From NCBI GenBank assembly GCA_951406725.2, contig OX597826.1:40486001-40550000 (forward strand): a stretch of DNA of 64,000 nucleotides, read 5' to 3'. Positions 63,458-64,000 of the stretch are shown piece by piece. Below the pieces are notes generated by a model, which was not told where the DNA came from, ran no database searches, and saw only the letters and a list, made by a program, of their open reading frames with translations. A program made the translations under genes and the position numbers. Each line of letters begins with the position of its first letter. Position 1 is the stretch's first letter. Source of the stretch: Octopus vulgaris (lineage: Eukaryota).

Positions 63458-64000
63458 TCCAATTTTGTGTAGTTTACACCACACAAATTGTAACCTTTCT
63501 TTGAAATCCGCGCTTACCCTGACGTCCCTATAACAAATGAAAGAAATCCTTATAATTACTATTATTACAGTCATCATCACCATTATTACCACCATTGTCT
63601 AATTTGCTGTTATTTCTGTTGTTTCGCAAACTCAGTAATAATTATTTTCAATTTATGTCTGAATGTATTTCCAGCATACTTACTCATTAGATTTTCTTAT
63701 TCTTCACCACTACCACTTCTACCATCGCACTCATTCTACACAAATTAACACCCACTCTCATTAAACCTCTCCTACCCTACACCATACATGTTCTAAAACA
63801 ACTATTATCATTATGTATCTATATGTTTTCATTTCATCTAATTATTTTTTCAGCATATTAGACATTTGAAAGAGAAAAATTTATCTTGGATGAAACAAAA
63901 AAATTAAAAAAACAGTAAATTAATTTTCGAAAAAGTAAAAATCCTCAACTGAAATTTTAATTGTATCTGTATCCATTTTTTCAGGTACTTTTATTCTTCT

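Noticed and set aside
63960-64000. Splice-acceptor-like ttttttcag at the window end (also near 62526)
   Set aside because: No supporting ORF or donor visible; such motifs are common in AT-rich DNA.

Overview
AT-rich, microsatellite-saturated animal DNA, probably intronic or intergenic. The SINE families and repeat landscape look like an Octopus genome (my recognition, not a database result). I found no convincing host exon, rRNA, tRNA gene or CRISPR array, and most entries in the ORF track are microsatellite read-throughs. The one long intact frame (about 4672-6702, +) is a 5'-truncated Penelope-like retroelement (PLE) encoding reverse transcriptase plus a GIY-YIG endonuclease. Its 3' pseudo-LTR carries CCAAT, TATA and Inr-like motifs and a minimal type-I hammerhead ribozyme (HHR) fold. 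The rest is nested transposon debris: four more PLE fragments, many R4/Dong-type fragments in (TAA)n tracts, CR1, RTE, HERO-like and L1/Tx1-like remnants, two mariner relics, two non-autonomous Helitrons and three SINE families. The most striking unannotated signal is about 11 minimal HHR motifs from at least 7 sequence families, found by eye on both strands. Most have no adjacent ORF, most are followed by a short AT-rich tail ending in (AT)n or (AAT)n, and several form head-to-head palindromes centred at or near the ribozyme. This suggests a PLE-mobilised, retrozyme-like system of short ribozyme elements. No folding, alignment or database search was run, and coordinates of degenerate repeats are approximate.
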